Below, in pieces: positions 49,974 through 59,848 of a stretch of 64,000 bases of DNA. Position 1 is the first letter of the stretch; every line of letters starts with the position of its first letter. This DNA comes from Thermodesulfobacteriota bacterium. Lineage in GTDB: Bacteria > Desulfobacterota_D > UBA1144 > Nemesobacterales > UBA2774. The DNA is taken from contig OZ244991.1 of the NCBI GenBank assembly GCA_965223335.1, positions 1,120,001 to 1,184,000 on the forward strand, written 5' to 3'. Under the pieces are notes generated by a model. That model was not told where the DNA came from, did not search any database, and saw nothing but the letters and a program-made list of their open reading frames with translations. The position numbers and the translations under genes are program-made.

Positions 49974-50498
49974 ATGCAACACGAACCATACAGGAATTAT
50001 ACCGGTATATTTTTTGTTTTGCTCTCGCTCTCATTGGCTGTAGCCATATACTGTGCGTTTGGGCTGGTGTTTAGATTTGAGCACCCTTTCTTCAGCACTT
50101 CGCTCCTGCCGCTGTTTATAATCGCTCACATCCTGCTAACATCCATCGTATATGTTGTTTCAATTAGCCAGAGTTTGGTAGATCTGGACGAGCGGGGATT
50201 CACAAAGACTCGCACAGCCGTTGTAGTACTTGTATGCGCATTAGCTGTCTCAGCGCTATTCACCCTTACGTCTTACTTCGGTCTCTACCCGGCGACCATG
50301 GCTATGTTTCATCTCCTGCTTCTTTATTACTGCAGCATATCTATCGGTGCGATTGTTTTGGCAACATACATCGTGTTTCTCAGGCTGGGTGCAAAACTAG
50401 GCTTGCTGAATAATGCTATTATGGTCCTCGGATTAGTAATTAGCCTTGGGGTGTCGTATTTTACTCTTGCCTTCTTCAATAAATTCCCAATAATCTAG
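49974..50498 (+). CDS. Hypothetical membrane protein (~5 TM)
   Basis: Highly hydrophobic 174 aa ORF, first of three co-oriented genes. Confidence 0.62.
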   Translation: MQHEPYRNYTGIFFVLLSLSLAVAIYCAFGLVFRFEHPFFSTSLLPLFIIAHILLTSIVYVVSISQSLVDLDERGFTKTRTAVVVLVCALAVSALFTLTSYFGLYPATMAMFHLLLLYYCSISIGAIVLATYIVFLRLGAKLGLLNNAIMVLGLVISLGVSYFTLAFFNKFPII

Positions 50499-50524
50499 TT
50501 AGCATTTATAAATTCGAGTCTGAT

Positions 50525-50872
50525 ATGAATAATCGGAATAGGATTGAGCTTGTTGTATTGGGCCATGTGCTTGCTTTTGCACTCAACTCATGCTCAACTG
50601 TGTTTGACCCGTTTTTGGGACAGTGGCAATCCGGTGCTCGGGAGCTCTCGTTTTATAAGGGCAAAGAGTTTAAGCTCAGTATTGGCGACGGCATCTCGGT
50701 TAACCTAAAGGGTACTTACGCTTACGATAAAGATACTCTTACACTGCATATTGCAGAGGCCGGAAGTGTTAAATTTACCTACAGGTTCGGGGAGGGGGAA
50801 AAGCTTATACTAGTACCAAAGACCGTGTTTGAATATATCAAAACACAAATTGTTTTTAATAAACTCAATTGA
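50525..50872 (+). CDS. Small putative lipoprotein (beta-rich)
   Basis: Lipobox-like LNSC followed by FLGQW and GTYAY, a lipocalin-like small barrel pattern. Confidence 0.6.
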   Translation: MNNRNRIELVVLGHVLAFALNSCSTVFDPFLGQWQSGARELSFYKGKEFKLSIGDGISVNLKGTYAYDKDTLTLHIAEAGSVKFTYRFGEGEKLILVPKTVFEYIKTQIVFNKLN

Positions 50873-50890
50873 TATCAAAAAGTCGTATAT

Positions 50891-52921
50891 ATGATAGAGC
50901 TCAAAGACATCTCGCATTCGTTCGGTTCACGCCAACTGTTCGACAATCTATCCTGGCAGATAAGGGATAACAAACGAATAGCGCTCTTTGGTCCCAACGG
51001 CACTGGCAAGACTACATTGCTCGATATTATCTCGGGGCAGTTCGAGCCTGATCGTGGCCAGGTCATTATCCCCAAAACCGAGGTCGTAGGATACCTGCCG
51101 CAGGAAACCGATATCCCCGACTCAGACCACTCTGTGCTTGGCGAGGCAATGACTGTATTTCACGAGGTCACCGCACTCGAGCAAGAATTGGTTGAGATCA
51201 CACACACTCTAAGAGATCACTCAGACAACTCCGCGGATCATACCAAACTACTCCAAAGACTGGATGAAATAGAGGCGGAACTTAAGGTCCGCGATTCCCA
51301 CCGGCTCCGCTCTAAGGCAGAGAAACTGTTGATGGGGCTTGGGTTCAGCACCGTGGATATTGCGAGCCCGCTGCGCACGTTTTCCGGGGGCTGGAGGATG
51401 AGGGTGGCGCTTGCAAAACTACTATTGCTCGAGCCCGACGTACTGCTTTTGGACGAGCCTACAAACCACCTCGATATCGAGAGCATTAGCTGGCTCGAGG
51501 ACTATCTCAAAGGCTTTGGAGGCACGGTGGTGCTTGTGTCTCACGACCAGTACTTTTTAGACAGAATGATCGATACCGTGGCCGAGCTCCGCTCGGGAAT
51601 CGTCACGGAGTATAGCGGCAACCTAAGTGCTTATACAAAGGAAAAAAGATCCAGATTCATCTTGCAGAAGTCTGCCTATGACAATCAGCAGAGGAAGATC
51701 AAAGAGACCGAACGGTTCATAGAGCGATTTAGGTACAAGAACACCAAGGCTAAACAGGTGCAAAGCCGAGTAAAGATGCTCGAGAAGCTAGAGCGAATAC
51801 CACTGCCTGAATCAGACGATGCCACAATAAAGTTTGCATTTCCCGAGCCCAAACAGCCAGGTAAGGTGGTCTATGAAATATCCCAATTCTCAAAGGTCTA
51901 TCAGTCCGATAGCGGTGAGTCTAATGAAGTATTTAAGGACTCGGCCCCTCTCATAATATCTAGGGGTGATAAGATTGCACTTATCGGAAAAAACGGCACA
52001 GGCAAAAGCACACTCTCTCGTATGATAATAGGGGCCGAGCCGTTTTTGGGCAGCGCAAAACTCGGTCACAACGTCGATATTACATACTTCGCACAGCACC
52101 AGGCTCAAACGCTTACCCCGACCAACACTATAATCGAAGAGATCAGGGCAGAGGGTGTAGTCGGCAACGAAACCGAGATCCGCACGTTGCTCGGTACGTT
52201 CCTCTTTACCGAAGACGATGTGTATAAACGGATCGAGGTTCTGTCGGGGGGCGAAAAGAGCCGTGTGGCTCTTGCCAAAACACTACTCGCGCCCAAAAAC
52301 TTCATGGTACTCGACGAGCCTACAAATCATCTCGATATACAGTCAAGAATGGTGCTCATCGAGGCACTCCGGCACTACAAGGGCACATTTGTAGTGGTCA
52401 GTCACGACAGATACTTCTTAGACCGGGTGGCAAACAAGGTTTGGTATCTCGACGGGGCCAAGGTACATGTGTATCCCGGTACATACTCCGAGTACCACGA
52501 TCATATTACTAGAAAAGACAGTTCAACCGAACGTTTTGAGACAGAGATCAGTGCACTGAATCCTAAAGACAGTGAACTTGAGACTGGTACCCCAATACTG
52601 GACAAGAAGGCTACTGCGGAGCAAAGAAACAGACTTCACCGTGAGTTGACTGAGTCCGGGTTGGAGAATATGGACGACTGGAAACTGCTCTCGGTAAAAC
52701 AGCTCACCAAGGCGCTATTGGACCTCGAAACAAAGATACACACGACTGAAAGTACTATTTCTGAGTTGGATAAAATGATTCACGAACCCTCTTTCTACGA
52801 TAATCCCGATCGTGCAAAAAACACAACGAACGAGTACAGAGATCTAAACGACTCACTAAGCACTATGTACAAGAGGTGGGAAGAGGTGTCGGCGCATCTT
52901 TCGCAAAACTCCCAGGACTGA
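50891..52921 (+). CDS. ABC-F family ATPase
   Basis: Two NBDs (GPNGTGKT/FSGGW/LDEPTNHLD; GKNGTGKS/LSGGE/LDEPTNHLD), linker, C-terminal coiled tail, no TM. Confidence 0.94.
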   Translation: MIELKDISHSFGSRQLFDNLSWQIRDNKRIALFGPNGTGKTTLLDIISGQFEPDRGQVIIPKTEVVGYLPQETDIPDSDHSVLGEAMTVFHEVTALEQELVEITHTLRDHSDNSADHTKLLQRLDEIEAELKVRDSHRLRSKAEKLLMGLGFSTVDIASPLRTFSGGWRMRVALAKLLLLEPDVLLLDEPTNHLDIESISWLEDYLKGFGGTVVLVSHDQYFLDRMIDTVAELRSGIVTEYSGNLSAYTKEKRSRFILQKSAYDNQQRKIKETERFIERFRYKNTKAKQVQSRVKMLEKLERIPLPESDDATIKFAFPEPKQPGKVVYEISQFSKVYQSDSGESNEVFKDSAPLIISRGDKIALIGKNGTGKSTLSRMIIGAEPFLGSAKLGHNVDITYFAQHQAQTLTPTNTIIEEIRAEGVVGNETEIRTLLGTFLFTEDDVYKRIEVLSGGEKSRVALAKTLLAPKNFMVLDEPTNHLDIQSRMVLIEALRHYKGTFVVVSHDRYFLDRVANKVWYLDGAKVHVYPGTYSEYHDHITRKDSSTERFETEISALNPKDSELETGTPILDKKATAEQRNRLHRELTESGLENMDDWKLLSVKQLTKALLDLETKIHTTESTISELDKMIHEPSFYDNPDRAKNTTNEYRDLNDSLSTMYKRWEEVSAHLSQNSQD

Positions 52922-53088
52922 GTTGATTGCATATAGCTTAGGTGTGTGGATTTAGGCTTCGTACTCCTCTACAACGAGTTCCGGATGCAGTCCCGGTACC
53001 CCGAGCCTAAACCAAATAGAAGGTCACAATGGGTTGGGCAGCCAGTATGTCCATTTAGTGTCGAAAGGCTCTCAATCAAGGGGAGTGT

Positions 53089-53955
53089 CTAGTATGATCT
53101 GCCCATCGCCATGTCTTCTAGGCGCCTTATCCTCTCTTCCATCGGGGGGTGCGTACTGAAAAGCGATGCAAGTCCCTTGCCGCTCAATGGGTTAGAAATC
53201 ATCATGTGCGATGTGCTGTCGGCCACCTGCTCGCTCACGCGAAGCGGTATCCTGCCCGATACGGAACCCAGCTTCCTAAGCGCATTGGCCAGGTAGACGG
53301 GGTTGCCGCATATCTCTGCCCCGCCCTTGTCTGCTCCGTACTCCCTTGTGCGAGATATGGCCAGGCGTATGACAGTTGCAGCCATCGGTGCTAGTATCGC
53401 CATGGCTATTAGTGCCAGGGGATTACCACCCCTATCCCTACCGCCGCCCCCGCCGCCGAATATGGCAGCAAACTGGGCCATGTAGGCAATGTAGGTGATT
53501 GCCGTCGCAATAGTTGCAGCAATCGATCCAATTAGTATGTCTCTGTTTTTAATATGTGCGAGTTCGTGTGCAAGAACACCCTTTAGCTCCTCACGGCTAA
53601 GCAGTTTCATTATGCCCTGCGTCACTGCCACAGCAGCATGGCTTGGGCCCCTGCCAGTGGCAAAAGCGTTGGGCTGCTCCTGGGGAGTGATGTACACTTT
53701 CGGCATCGGCAGCCCGGCATTTTGAGCCAGTTCCTGCACGTCACCGTAGAGCTCGGGTGCGTCCTCGTACTTAACCTCCTGGGCTTTGTACATCTTAAGT
53801 ACGATTTTATCGCTCCACCAGTAGCTCACAAAATTCATCACGAGCGCTATTCCGAGTGCTATTGTGACCCCGCTACGGCCACCAATATATCCGCCGATTG
53901 CAAGCAGTAGTCCTGATAACCCAGCCAATAGAATTACACTTTTCAAAGTATTCAT
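53089..53955 (-). CDS. htpX: Zinc metalloprotease HtpX
   Basis: PNAFATGR, HELAH, ISRTREYGAD, FSTHPP. Confidence 0.95.
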   Translation of the reverse strand: MNTLKSVILLAGLSGLLLAIGGYIGGRSGVTIALGIALVMNFVSYWWSDKIVLKMYKAQEVKYEDAPELYGDVQELAQNAGLPMPKVYITPQEQPNAFATGRGPSHAAVAVTQGIMKLLSREELKGVLAHELAHIKNRDILIGSIAATIATAITYIAYMAQFAAIFGGGGGGRDRGGNPLALIAMAILAPMAATVIRLAISRTREYGADKGGAEICGNPVYLANALRKLGSVSGRIPLRVSEQVADSTSHMMISNPLSGKGLASLFSTHPPMEERIRRLEDMAMGRSY

Positions 53956-54138
53956 TTTCCCTTCCTCTGATTATTTAGTAGTATCAGTATCGCTTTCCTT
54001 AAATAAAATTATAGCCGCTAATTGCTAAATGCATAACAGCCACGCGGTGCTATAATGAAGATAATAATCTAGGTGCTAAATTCAAGTTTTTAATAATATG
54101 TTTCGCAGCCTGTTTATTCTTGTTTTCTTAGGTGCAAC

Positions 54139-54444
54139 ATGAATTGGATAATGATCTGGAGCCTTGTAGGTGCGTTTGTAAACGTTACGGTGCTCACCCG
54201 TTTGCTAAATAGGGTGTTAAAAAAACCGATACCAGATGGGTACAAGAGGGCATTCTTAGTGTTCGGAGTTGTGGGTTTATTAGACCTGATCGGTCTTTGG
54301 GTCTTGTATAAAGACTTAAGGCTGAGCCTGCATCTGATGCTCTTTTATTTTGTGCCGTTTTTAGTAATGTGGCTTCTAAAGGATATATTCGAGAGCTCTA
54401 GGAAGTCGGGTATTAACACTGCGGGGCAAAATGATAATCCCTAA
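54139..54444 (+). CDS. Small hypothetical membrane protein (3 TM)
   Basis: 101 aa hydrophobic ORF with AGGTG RBS, divergent from htpX. Confidence 0.6.
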   Translation: MNWIMIWSLVGAFVNVTVLTRLLNRVLKKPIPDGYKRAFLVFGVVGLLDLIGLWVLYKDLRLSLHLMLFYFVPFLVMWLLKDIFESSRKSGINTAGQNDNP

Positions 54445-54480
54445 GGTGCTGATATTCTCTTTGTATAGATACGAAAAACT

Positions 54481-54509
54481 TTGACAATTATTTTATATTT
54501 CAATAGAAT
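54481..54509 (+). promoter_or_regulatory. Sigma70 promoter of purC
   Basis: TTGACA-N17-TAGAAT. Confidence 0.7.
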
Positions 54510-54558
54510 CTTTTCTTCCTTTATTACCGTTATTCTATGAGCCAAGGGGGGGTAACCC

Positions 54559-55446
54559 ATGACACAAACAAACTTAGTTATGGAAACAAATTTCGAGGGG
54601 GTAGAGCCGCCCAGAAGAGGGAAGGTCAGGGATATATATGACCTTGGCGATAAGCTCCTTATTGTGGCGACCGACCGTATTTCTGCGTTCGATGTTGTAC
54701 TGCCCGAGGGTATTCCCGGCAAAGGTGCAGTTTTAAATCTGATCTCAAAATACTGGTTCGATATGACAACCGAAATCATCCCCAATCATTTAATCTCTAC
54801 AGAGGTAGACGACTATCCCGAGGTATTCCACAAATACCGCTCGGACCTAGAGGGCAGGAGTATGCTCGTAAAAAAAACCGACCCACTTGCCGTCGAGTGT
54901 ATCGTGCGCGGCTACATCACCGGTTCGGGATGGAAGGAGTATCAAAAGAGCGAGTCTGTGTGCGGGATCAAACTCCCAAGTGGTCTACTAGAGTCGCAGA
55001 AGCTCGAGAACCCTATTTACACACCTTCCACCAAAGCCGAGGAAGGCGAGCACGATGAAAACATCACCTTTGAGCAGACCATAGATATCATAGGCCAAGA
55101 GATGGCCGAGCGGGTACGCGACGTTAGCATTGCACTTTATTCCAAAGCCCGTGACATCGCTGACACCAAGGGGATAATCATAGCCGATACCAAATTCGAA
55201 TTCGGTACCGATAACGGCGAGCTCATTCTCATAGATGAGGCCCTTACGCCCGACTCATCAAGGTTCTGGCCCAAGGACGATTACGAGGCCGGTAGGTCTC
55301 AAAAGAGTTTCGATAAACAGTTTGTGAGGGACTACCTAAGCTCTATAGGGTGGGATAAAAACCCCCCGGCTCCCTCACTGCCTCAGGATATTATTGACAA
55401 GTCCAAAGAGAAATACGACGAGGCCCTTAGAAGGCTGGCCGGCTAG
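54559..55446 (+). CDS. purC: SAICAR synthetase
   Basis: [49 protein letters not shown]. Confidence 0.97.
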   Translation: MTQTNLVMETNFEGVEPPRRGKVRDIYDLGDKLLIVATDRISAFDVVLPEGIPGKGAVLNLISKYWFDMTTEIIPNHLISTEVDDYPEVFHKYRSDLEGRSMLVKKTDPLAVECIVRGYITGSGWKEYQKSESVCGIKLPSGLLESQKLENPIYTPSTKAEEGEHDENITFEQTIDIIGQEMAERVRDVSIALYSKARDIADTKGIIIADTKFEFGTDNGELILIDEALTPDSSRFWPKDDYEAGRSQKSFDKQFVRDYLSSIGWDKNPPAPSLPQDIIDKSKEKYDEALRRLAG

Positions 55447-55451
55447 CCTTT

Positions 55452-56552
55452 TTACCGTGCACTTGAGTTAAACCAGTCTGTAAGCACCTTTTCGCCCAGC
55501 TTCTTATAGGGAGTAAACCCTTTTTCTACGTTGGGCTTCTCATAGCTCTGCATATCGGTGAAATATTTCCAGATGAAAATGCCGGCCAGGTATTGCGAAC
55601 CCGTAAAGCTTTTATGTGTGGCCCTAAGTGCATTGGCCTGCTCCTTCTGGCTTGTTTTCCCCTCACCGTTCCACTCCCACGGTTTTATTGTAGAGCCCTC
55701 GACAGATTTGTACCCTATCTCGGTAAACAGTACGGGTTTATCGTACTTGGCGGATAACTCTCTTAGGACCGGTTCATATTTTTCCCAGCCCTCCACAAGC
55801 TCCTCCACCGTGGGGTTTTCCTTGTCGGCAAGCGGGAAGTAAGCGTCGATCCCTATATAATCGAGCACGGGCCAAAACTCTATCTTTGTCGCGTTCATCC
55901 CCTCTGCCGCATAGGTGAGTTTCCCCGAGTAGGTTTTTTTAACCTTAGCGATCAGCCCTACCCAGTCCTCCTTGTATTTAGACATGCCCACAAGCTCTGT
56001 CCCAACTGCAAATATCTCTGTCCCCGTACTCTCCGCTATAGCTGCCTGCTCCAAAATAAACTCCGCATAGCTCTCAAACCATTTTGCTCTTTTTGCCTCG
56101 TTTGGGAAATCGATCTTGCTACGCCAGTTATCCGGGTCAAGATCCCACCCTCCTATCCATATATGGGGTTTCAGCATCACCTTAAATCCGTTTTTATGAA
56201 GGTTGTTTATCTCCTCGACCAGGTATTTGTCCGAAAGAGTCGGGTCACCGTCTGCTATGATCCGGGTTTGGTCTTTGTTCCTCATATAGCCGAATGTATT
56301 AAGCTGTACCGTGTCATAACCTACACGTTTTAGGTGGCGATGCATGTCCTCTGACTTTCCCGAGCCATACCCACTCCCTATCCTATGAATGTGTGCAAGC
56401 ACTGCCCCCTTATACTCCAGGTGCGTTTTAGGGCTTTGGGTCGGTTTATTGGCGGCGGAATAGCTTACGAGTACGGCTAGCAGCAATGCGAAGAAAATTA
56501 ATATGGATGTTCTACCTATGATAGACCGCATATGACTTATAGGATAGCGCAA
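55452..56552 (-). CDS. Secreted glycoside hydrolase, GH113-like TIM barrel (start may be 56531)
   Basis: Signal peptide; VMLKPHI, WFESY, VGTEL, LTYAA, DYIGIDAYFPL, PVLFTEIGY. Confidence 0.82.
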   Translation of the reverse strand: MRYPISHMRSIIGRTSILIFFALLLAVLVSYSAANKPTQSPKTHLEYKGAVLAHIHRIGSGYGSGKSEDMHRHLKRVGYDTVQLNTFGYMRNKDQTRIIADGDPTLSDKYLVEEINNLHKNGFKVMLKPHIWIGGWDLDPDNWRSKIDFPNEAKRAKWFESYAEFILEQAAIAESTGTEIFAVGTELVGMSKYKEDWVGLIAKVKKTYSGKLTYAAEGMNATKIEFWPVLDYIGIDAYFPLADKENPTVEELVEGWEKYEPVLRELSAKYDKPVLFTEIGYKSVEGSTIKPWEWNGEGKTSQKEQANALRATHKSFTGSQYLAGIFIWKYFTDMQSYEKPNVEKGFTPYKKLGEKVLTDWFNSSAR

Positions 56553-56644
56553 GAAAGGGTTTTGTGCATGATCAATTTATTTAGGGCTGATATTAGGATT
56601 CAAGCTGTGACCGGGCACCCGAGTCGGCAATATTATAGAGTATG

Positions 56645-57244
56645 CTACTTAGCAAGGTGTTGGAATTTTTCTGCTCGGTTAATAAGTGCATAGGGCCTTG
56701 GATACATCCAAATGCTAAGTACTAAACTCGCCACTGCAAACGGTATAATCTTGGAGGGGTTGCCGGTCAGAAACGCCAACACAAACCCCAGCACCGCAAT
56801 GGTTTCGTTAAGTATTAGATTTATCATGGTGGTTTTCTGGAGCTCATACATGAGCACGATTATCTTTTTCTGAAACGGGTTTAGCTTGTCCATCTCTTCT
56901 TTCGGCAGGGGGGAGCTTCTTTTGTTATCTTTGCCAAGGGTGAGGCTCTCTAGATCAACATCCCGCTCCACAAGTTTTTGTATGTTCTCGTCTGTGGATG
57001 AGCGCCTGAAATACGCAATAGAACCCAGTGCCAATAGCACTGATATCAGATAAAATGCAATCTCTACTGTGCCGCTAAGCTCTGAGGTAATCGAGCTATT
57101 TCCTTTGCCCACAATTGCGTATACGATCGCAAAATAAAAAATTACGGTCCCGGTAATTGCAAACCAAATAATCCTCTGCACCAGTACCTGTTTGTTCACA
57201 AATTTCTTTAGTTCCGGGGTAAGCATACTATTCGGCTCGCTCAT
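56645..57244 (-). CDS. Hypothetical membrane protein (4 TM)
   Basis: 199 aa with four hydrophobic segments; overlaps the stop of the upstream gene. Confidence 0.68.
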   Translation of the reverse strand: MSEPNSMLTPELKKFVNKQVLVQRIIWFAITGTVIFYFAIVYAIVGKGNSSITSELSGTVEIAFYLISVLLALGSIAYFRRSSTDENIQKLVERDVDLESLTLGKDNKRSSPLPKEEMDKLNPFQKKIIVLMYELQKTTMINLILNETIAVLGFVLAFLTGNPSKIIPFAVASLVLSIWMYPRPYALINRAEKFQHLAK

Positions 57245-58298
57245 CGTTCTTAATAATATGTTTTAACGGGCCTTCTTTGTCCAGCCAAGCGGCTATGGTG
57301 TTTAGAGGGACGGTAACAAAATAAGGGCCCTCCGCATACGAACCCACCTCGTATGCAGAGAACGCAAACTGGAGCCCCTTAGGCGAGATTACAAAGTTCC
57401 TTAATTGCTTAGCGGTGAGTTCGGTTATCACACCACCGGTAACAGAACTCGCCCCTTGAATTCTCAGGTCGTCCATACAGTAATCGGATACTATTTTAAT
57501 GTAGTCGGCTTGATCCGAAAAAAGATCTTTAAGCTCTATCTTTTGAGATTTACCGTCCTTGATCTGGTAGTTTGAGGATATGTACACAGTGTTGGGGTGG
57601 GCGCCACCCGAGTATGTAAAGATCGAGCCCGCCAGGCTCACCAGGCTCTCTGAGTAGTACTCGATGGAATATATGAATTCCTGCTCCCATCCCCCGTATG
57701 TGCTCATTTCGGTAGTAAAAAACTCCTCTGCATCCTTAAAGAATGTAGAGTTCTTTTTCTCTACCTCTGTTTCGATCAATTTGTTTATCTGTTTTAGCGC
57801 TGGGGATTCTGACAGGAAATGCGGGTAAGAACTCGATACCGATATTGTATTCCCCTGTTTTGTGCTGGATATAACATAGTCGGCTACTTTTGTGAGTTTA
57901 AACAGCAGCTTGGTCGAACCTTCCGGGTTTGACCACTGGCCCTCTATCGATTTCGCAAAGTTTGAACCGATCTCAGACAGTTTGCCCTTAAACACCCCGG
58001 TAGCTTCCGATTTATCATTCTTTTCGTTGATTGTGATTGAAGAGTCGTCTCTATTCCAAGTACCCGAAATATTTAGAGGGCTGCCTGTACTCTCATAGTA
58101 ATATGTGCCTCTCAGGTCTTTTCCAGAGACCTCCATCTCCATCTGAACACCCAGTTTCTCGTCTATCTCACCTATAAAATAGTACTTGGCTTCTGCCCCT
58201 CTATCATTCTGAGCAAATGCATTCTGATTATATATTAGGGTCGCAGCGATCAATACTAATATAGGACCCAATGCACTAAAAGTAAGTCGTGAACTCAT
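57228..58298 (-). CDS. Secreted protein with DUF4163/DUF3298 (RsiV-like) domains
   Basis: Signal peptide; YPHF, YSGGAHPN, LKDLF, FSAYEVGSYAEG motifs. Confidence 0.8.
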   Translation of the reverse strand: MSSRLTFSALGPILVLIAATLIYNQNAFAQNDRGAEAKYYFIGEIDEKLGVQMEMEVSGKDLRGTYYYESTGSPLNISGTWNRDDSSITINEKNDKSEATGVFKGKLSEIGSNFAKSIEGQWSNPEGSTKLLFKLTKVADYVISSTKQGNTISVSSSYPHFLSESPALKQINKLIETEVEKKNSTFFKDAEEFFTTEMSTYGGWEQEFIYSIEYYSESLVSLAGSIFTYSGGAHPNTVYISSNYQIKDGKSQKIELKDLFSDQADYIKIVSDYCMDDLRIQGASSVTGGVITELTAKQLRNFVISPKGLQFAFSAYEVGSYAEGPYFVTVPLNTIAAWLDKEGPLKHIIKNDERAE

Positions 58299-58417
58299 CC
58301 CTCTCACCTCACAATCTTTTTAGTTTAGATAATATCATATTTTGGATTCAGTATTGAGTGATTGGTACAGAATCATTGACACGACAAAAATAGACACAGG
58401 TTGAATACATATTACGT

Positions 58418-58444
58418 CATATGTGACAAATATTGTCACATATG
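58418..58444. promoter_or_regulatory. 27 bp perfect inverted repeat, putative activator/operator site
   Basis: CATATGTGACAA-ATA-TTGTCACATATG. Confidence 0.75.
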
Positions 58445-58484
58445 GTAAAATTCAAGAAAGGGTGTTTTTGCATAATTTGTATAA

Positions 58485-58497
58485 TATCAAGAGGTTA
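58485..58497 (+). promoter_or_regulatory. IHF binding site
   Basis: TATCAAGAGGTTA matches WATCAA-N4-TTR exactly, has an AT-rich upstream flank, and lies between the palindrome and the sigma54 site. Confidence 0.62.
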
Positions 58498-58514
58498 TGC
58501 AATTATTGAGTCTT

Positions 58515-58530
58515 TGGCATCGATATTGCA
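58515..58530 (+). promoter_or_regulatory. Sigma54 (-24/-12) promoter
   Basis: TGGCATCGATATTGCA, near consensus. Confidence 0.75.
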
Positions 58531-58540
58531 AATATTATTT

Positions 58541-58644
58541 GTGCATGACTTGGTAACGAAAATAAGCTTTCAATGCCATAACATATTCCCCATCCTCTAG
58601 AGGGTAAGTCGAGGGAGAAATCCTTAGACTTACCCTTAATTTTT
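58541..58644 (+). ncRNA. Candidate sigma54-dependent small RNA (~100 nt)
   Basis: Lies between a sigma54 promoter and a plus-strand intrinsic terminator; the ATG-started plus-strand ORFs are only 2-3 codons. Confidence 0.55.
58601..58644 (+). terminator. Intrinsic terminator
   Basis: AGGGTAAGTC/GACTTACCCT 10 bp stem, inner AGGGA-GAAA-TCCTT, then TAATTTTT. Confidence 0.72.
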
Positions 58645-58652
58645 ATTGGGGC

Positions 58653-59447
58653 TCACCCAGCTTTTCTATGTTCTGTACTGCACATTGCCAATATCTTCAT
58701 CATCTCATCGTGTATGAGTACGTTGGACGATAGTATCTCTTTTACATAGATGCTGTACGGGTTGCCTCTAAAATCGGTTACCCTGCCCCCGGCTTCTTTA
58801 AGAATTAGTTGCGCCGCGGCTGTATCCCAGGGGTTAAGCCCAATTTCCCAAAACCCGTCAAACCTGCCGCATGCGTTATAGCATATATCCAACGCTGCCG
58901 AGCCGTCCCTGCGCACAGCCTGTGCCCTTCTTATGAAATTTGCGAAATGCTCGATGTTTTCTTCCATCATCCATTCCTCATCATGCATAAACCCCGTGCA
59001 CAGGTGGCTTCTTTCGATGCTATTGGTATTGGAAACTTGTATAGGTTCTCCGTTTAGATTAGCCCCCCTACCCAGCTCCGATGCAAAAAGCTCGTCTTTT
59101 ACCGGGTCGTAAACCACTCCGACCTCTACCTGTCCTCCGATCTCAAGAGCAATTGAAATAGAGAAATAGGGGTAGGCATGGGCATAGTTGGTAGTGCCGT
59201 CGAGCGGGTCTATGATCCAGAGGTGATCCGAGGACTCCGAGTGGCGGCCCGATTCCTCGGCAAATATGTCGTGTGTGGGGAACCGGTCCTTTAGCATATT
59301 TATAATAATTTTTTCAGACTGCGTGTCTATCTCGGTAACAAGGTTGTTTTTGGCCTTATACTCGATACGTGTAACGTTTCCCAGGTTCTCGAGCAAAAAC
59401 TCCCCGGCCTTAAGTGCCGCTTCTGTAGCGGTTTCTATATAGTTCAA
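58653..59447 (-). CDS. suhB: Inositol monophosphatase family (SuhB)
   Basis: LVTEID, AEES, WIIDPLDGTTNY, GSAALD, PWDTAA..I..EAGG. Confidence 0.92.
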   Translation of the reverse strand: MNYIETATEAALKAGEFLLENLGNVTRIEYKAKNNLVTEIDTQSEKIIINMLKDRFPTHDIFAEESGRHSESSDHLWIIDPLDGTTNYAHAYPYFSISIALEIGGQVEVGVVYDPVKDELFASELGRGANLNGEPIQVSNTNSIERSHLCTGFMHDEEWMMEENIEHFANFIRRAQAVRRDGSAALDICYNACGRFDGFWEIGLNPWDTAAAQLILKEAGGRVTDFRGNPYSIYVKEILSSNVLIHDEMMKILAMCSTEHRKAG

Positions 59448-59552
59448 TTTTGTGCTCCGTTATTTGAGAGTTTTAGGTAGCAGATTTAATTCCGGGATTT
59501 TATCACTATTAATAATCAAAAAACCTATGCGAAAACAATATATTGACTCACC

Positions 59553-59759
59553 CTACTCTTCACTCGATTCGGGAATAATAACCCAACCTACCAGATACAC
59601 TATCACTACCGGCAGCACTCCAGTGAGCAGAGTAATAAGGACTGCCCCCAACCTTACTATTGTGGGATCAACCGATAGCATCTTTCCCAATCCACCGCAA
59701 ATCCCGGCCAGCATCTTGTCTGTGCTCGATCTGAAGATCTTATTGGATTCTTCGCTCAT
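59553..59759 (-). CDS. pspC: PspC domain protein
   Basis: RSSTDKMLAGICGGLG..DPTIVR...YLVGWVIIP. Confidence 0.88.
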   Translation of the reverse strand: MSEESNKIFRSSTDKMLAGICGGLGKMLSVDPTIVRLGAVLITLLTGVLPVVIVYLVGWVIIPESSEE

Positions 59760-59848
59760 CGTTTACCCCCTTGTTGACTGTTCTCTAATACCATTATACA
59801 TAATACCCGGCCGTATATGGTTGAGAACCTGTTAATCGGGACCCCACG

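Noticed and set aside
54010..54080. TTAGCAC-like half-sites upstream of htpX as a CIRCE element
   Set aside because: No complete TTAGCACTC-N9-GAGTGCTAA inverted repeat.
58422..58440. TGTGA...TCACA as a CRP/FNR-type box
   Set aside because: The spacer is 9 bp rather than 6; the longer palindrome fits another regulator.
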